DNA of 64,000 nt from Haliotis cracherodii (lineage: Eukaryota): positions 24,676,001-24,740,000 of the forward strand of contig NW_027266286.1 of assembly GCF_022045235.1 (NCBI RefSeq). Reading direction: 5' to 3'. The notes under the pieces are model-generated. The model ran no database searches and was not told the DNA's origin. It saw nothing but the letters and a program-made list of their open reading frames with translations. Made by a program: the position numbers and the translations under genes. Below, piece by piece: positions 63,731 to 64,000 of the stretch (its first letter is position 1; each line of letters begins with the position of its first letter).

Positions 63731-64000
63731 TTGGTTGGTTGGTTGGTTTGATGTTTAAAGCCGCACTCAGCAATATTCCAGATATATGAAGGCGGTCTGT
63801 AAATAATCGAATCTGAACAAGACAATACAGTGATTGATAACATGAGCATCGATCCACGCAATTGGAATCGATGACATGCATCAACCAAGTCAGCGCGCCT
63901 GACCACCCGATTCCGTTAGTTGCCTTTACGACAAGCATAGTCGCCTTTTACGCAAGCATGGGTTGCTGAAGACCTATTCTACCCCCGGATCTTCACGGGT
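63731..64000 (-). mobile_element. SINE family M, reaching the window edge
   Basis: Reverse complement starts ACCCGTGAAGATCCGGGGG; (CAAC)n tail. Confidence 0.92.

Overview
Eukaryotic (animal) genomic DNA, AT-rich and repeat-dense, with two N gaps (1905-2041, 58821-58951). The SINE complement looks gastropod and abalone (Haliotis)-like; this is an inference. There is one host gene, a 4-coding-exon rhodopsin-class neuropeptide GPCR of the neuromedin U / pyrokinin / CAPA (PRXamide) receptor family on the + strand: join 18382-18670, 33486-34034, 34454-34579, 36279-36763; 1449 nt, 482 aa, all introns GT-AG phase 1. Its exon 3 is missing from the supplied ORF track. The rest is mobile DNA and tandem repeats: four SINE families with related 3' tails and many clear TSDs, a decayed APE-RT LINE, restriction-like-endonuclease LINE fragments, Penelope-like (probably Naiad) RT fragments, a full-length dead Tc1 element, hAT/CACTA-type/foldback MITEs and five minisatellite arrays. 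The most interesting signals are structured RNA or DNA motifs inside mobile elements. These are (1) a SINE family with no tRNA head, a fixed 5' G and a pseudoknot/hairpin 5' domain with compensatory changes, a candidate self-processing RNA; (2) a pseudoknot-forming motif at the 3' end of the Penelope-like RT fragments; (3) a minimal hammerhead ribozyme in GPCR intron 1; (4) a minisatellite made by six-fold amplification of a SINE B-box. None of these could be tested here.
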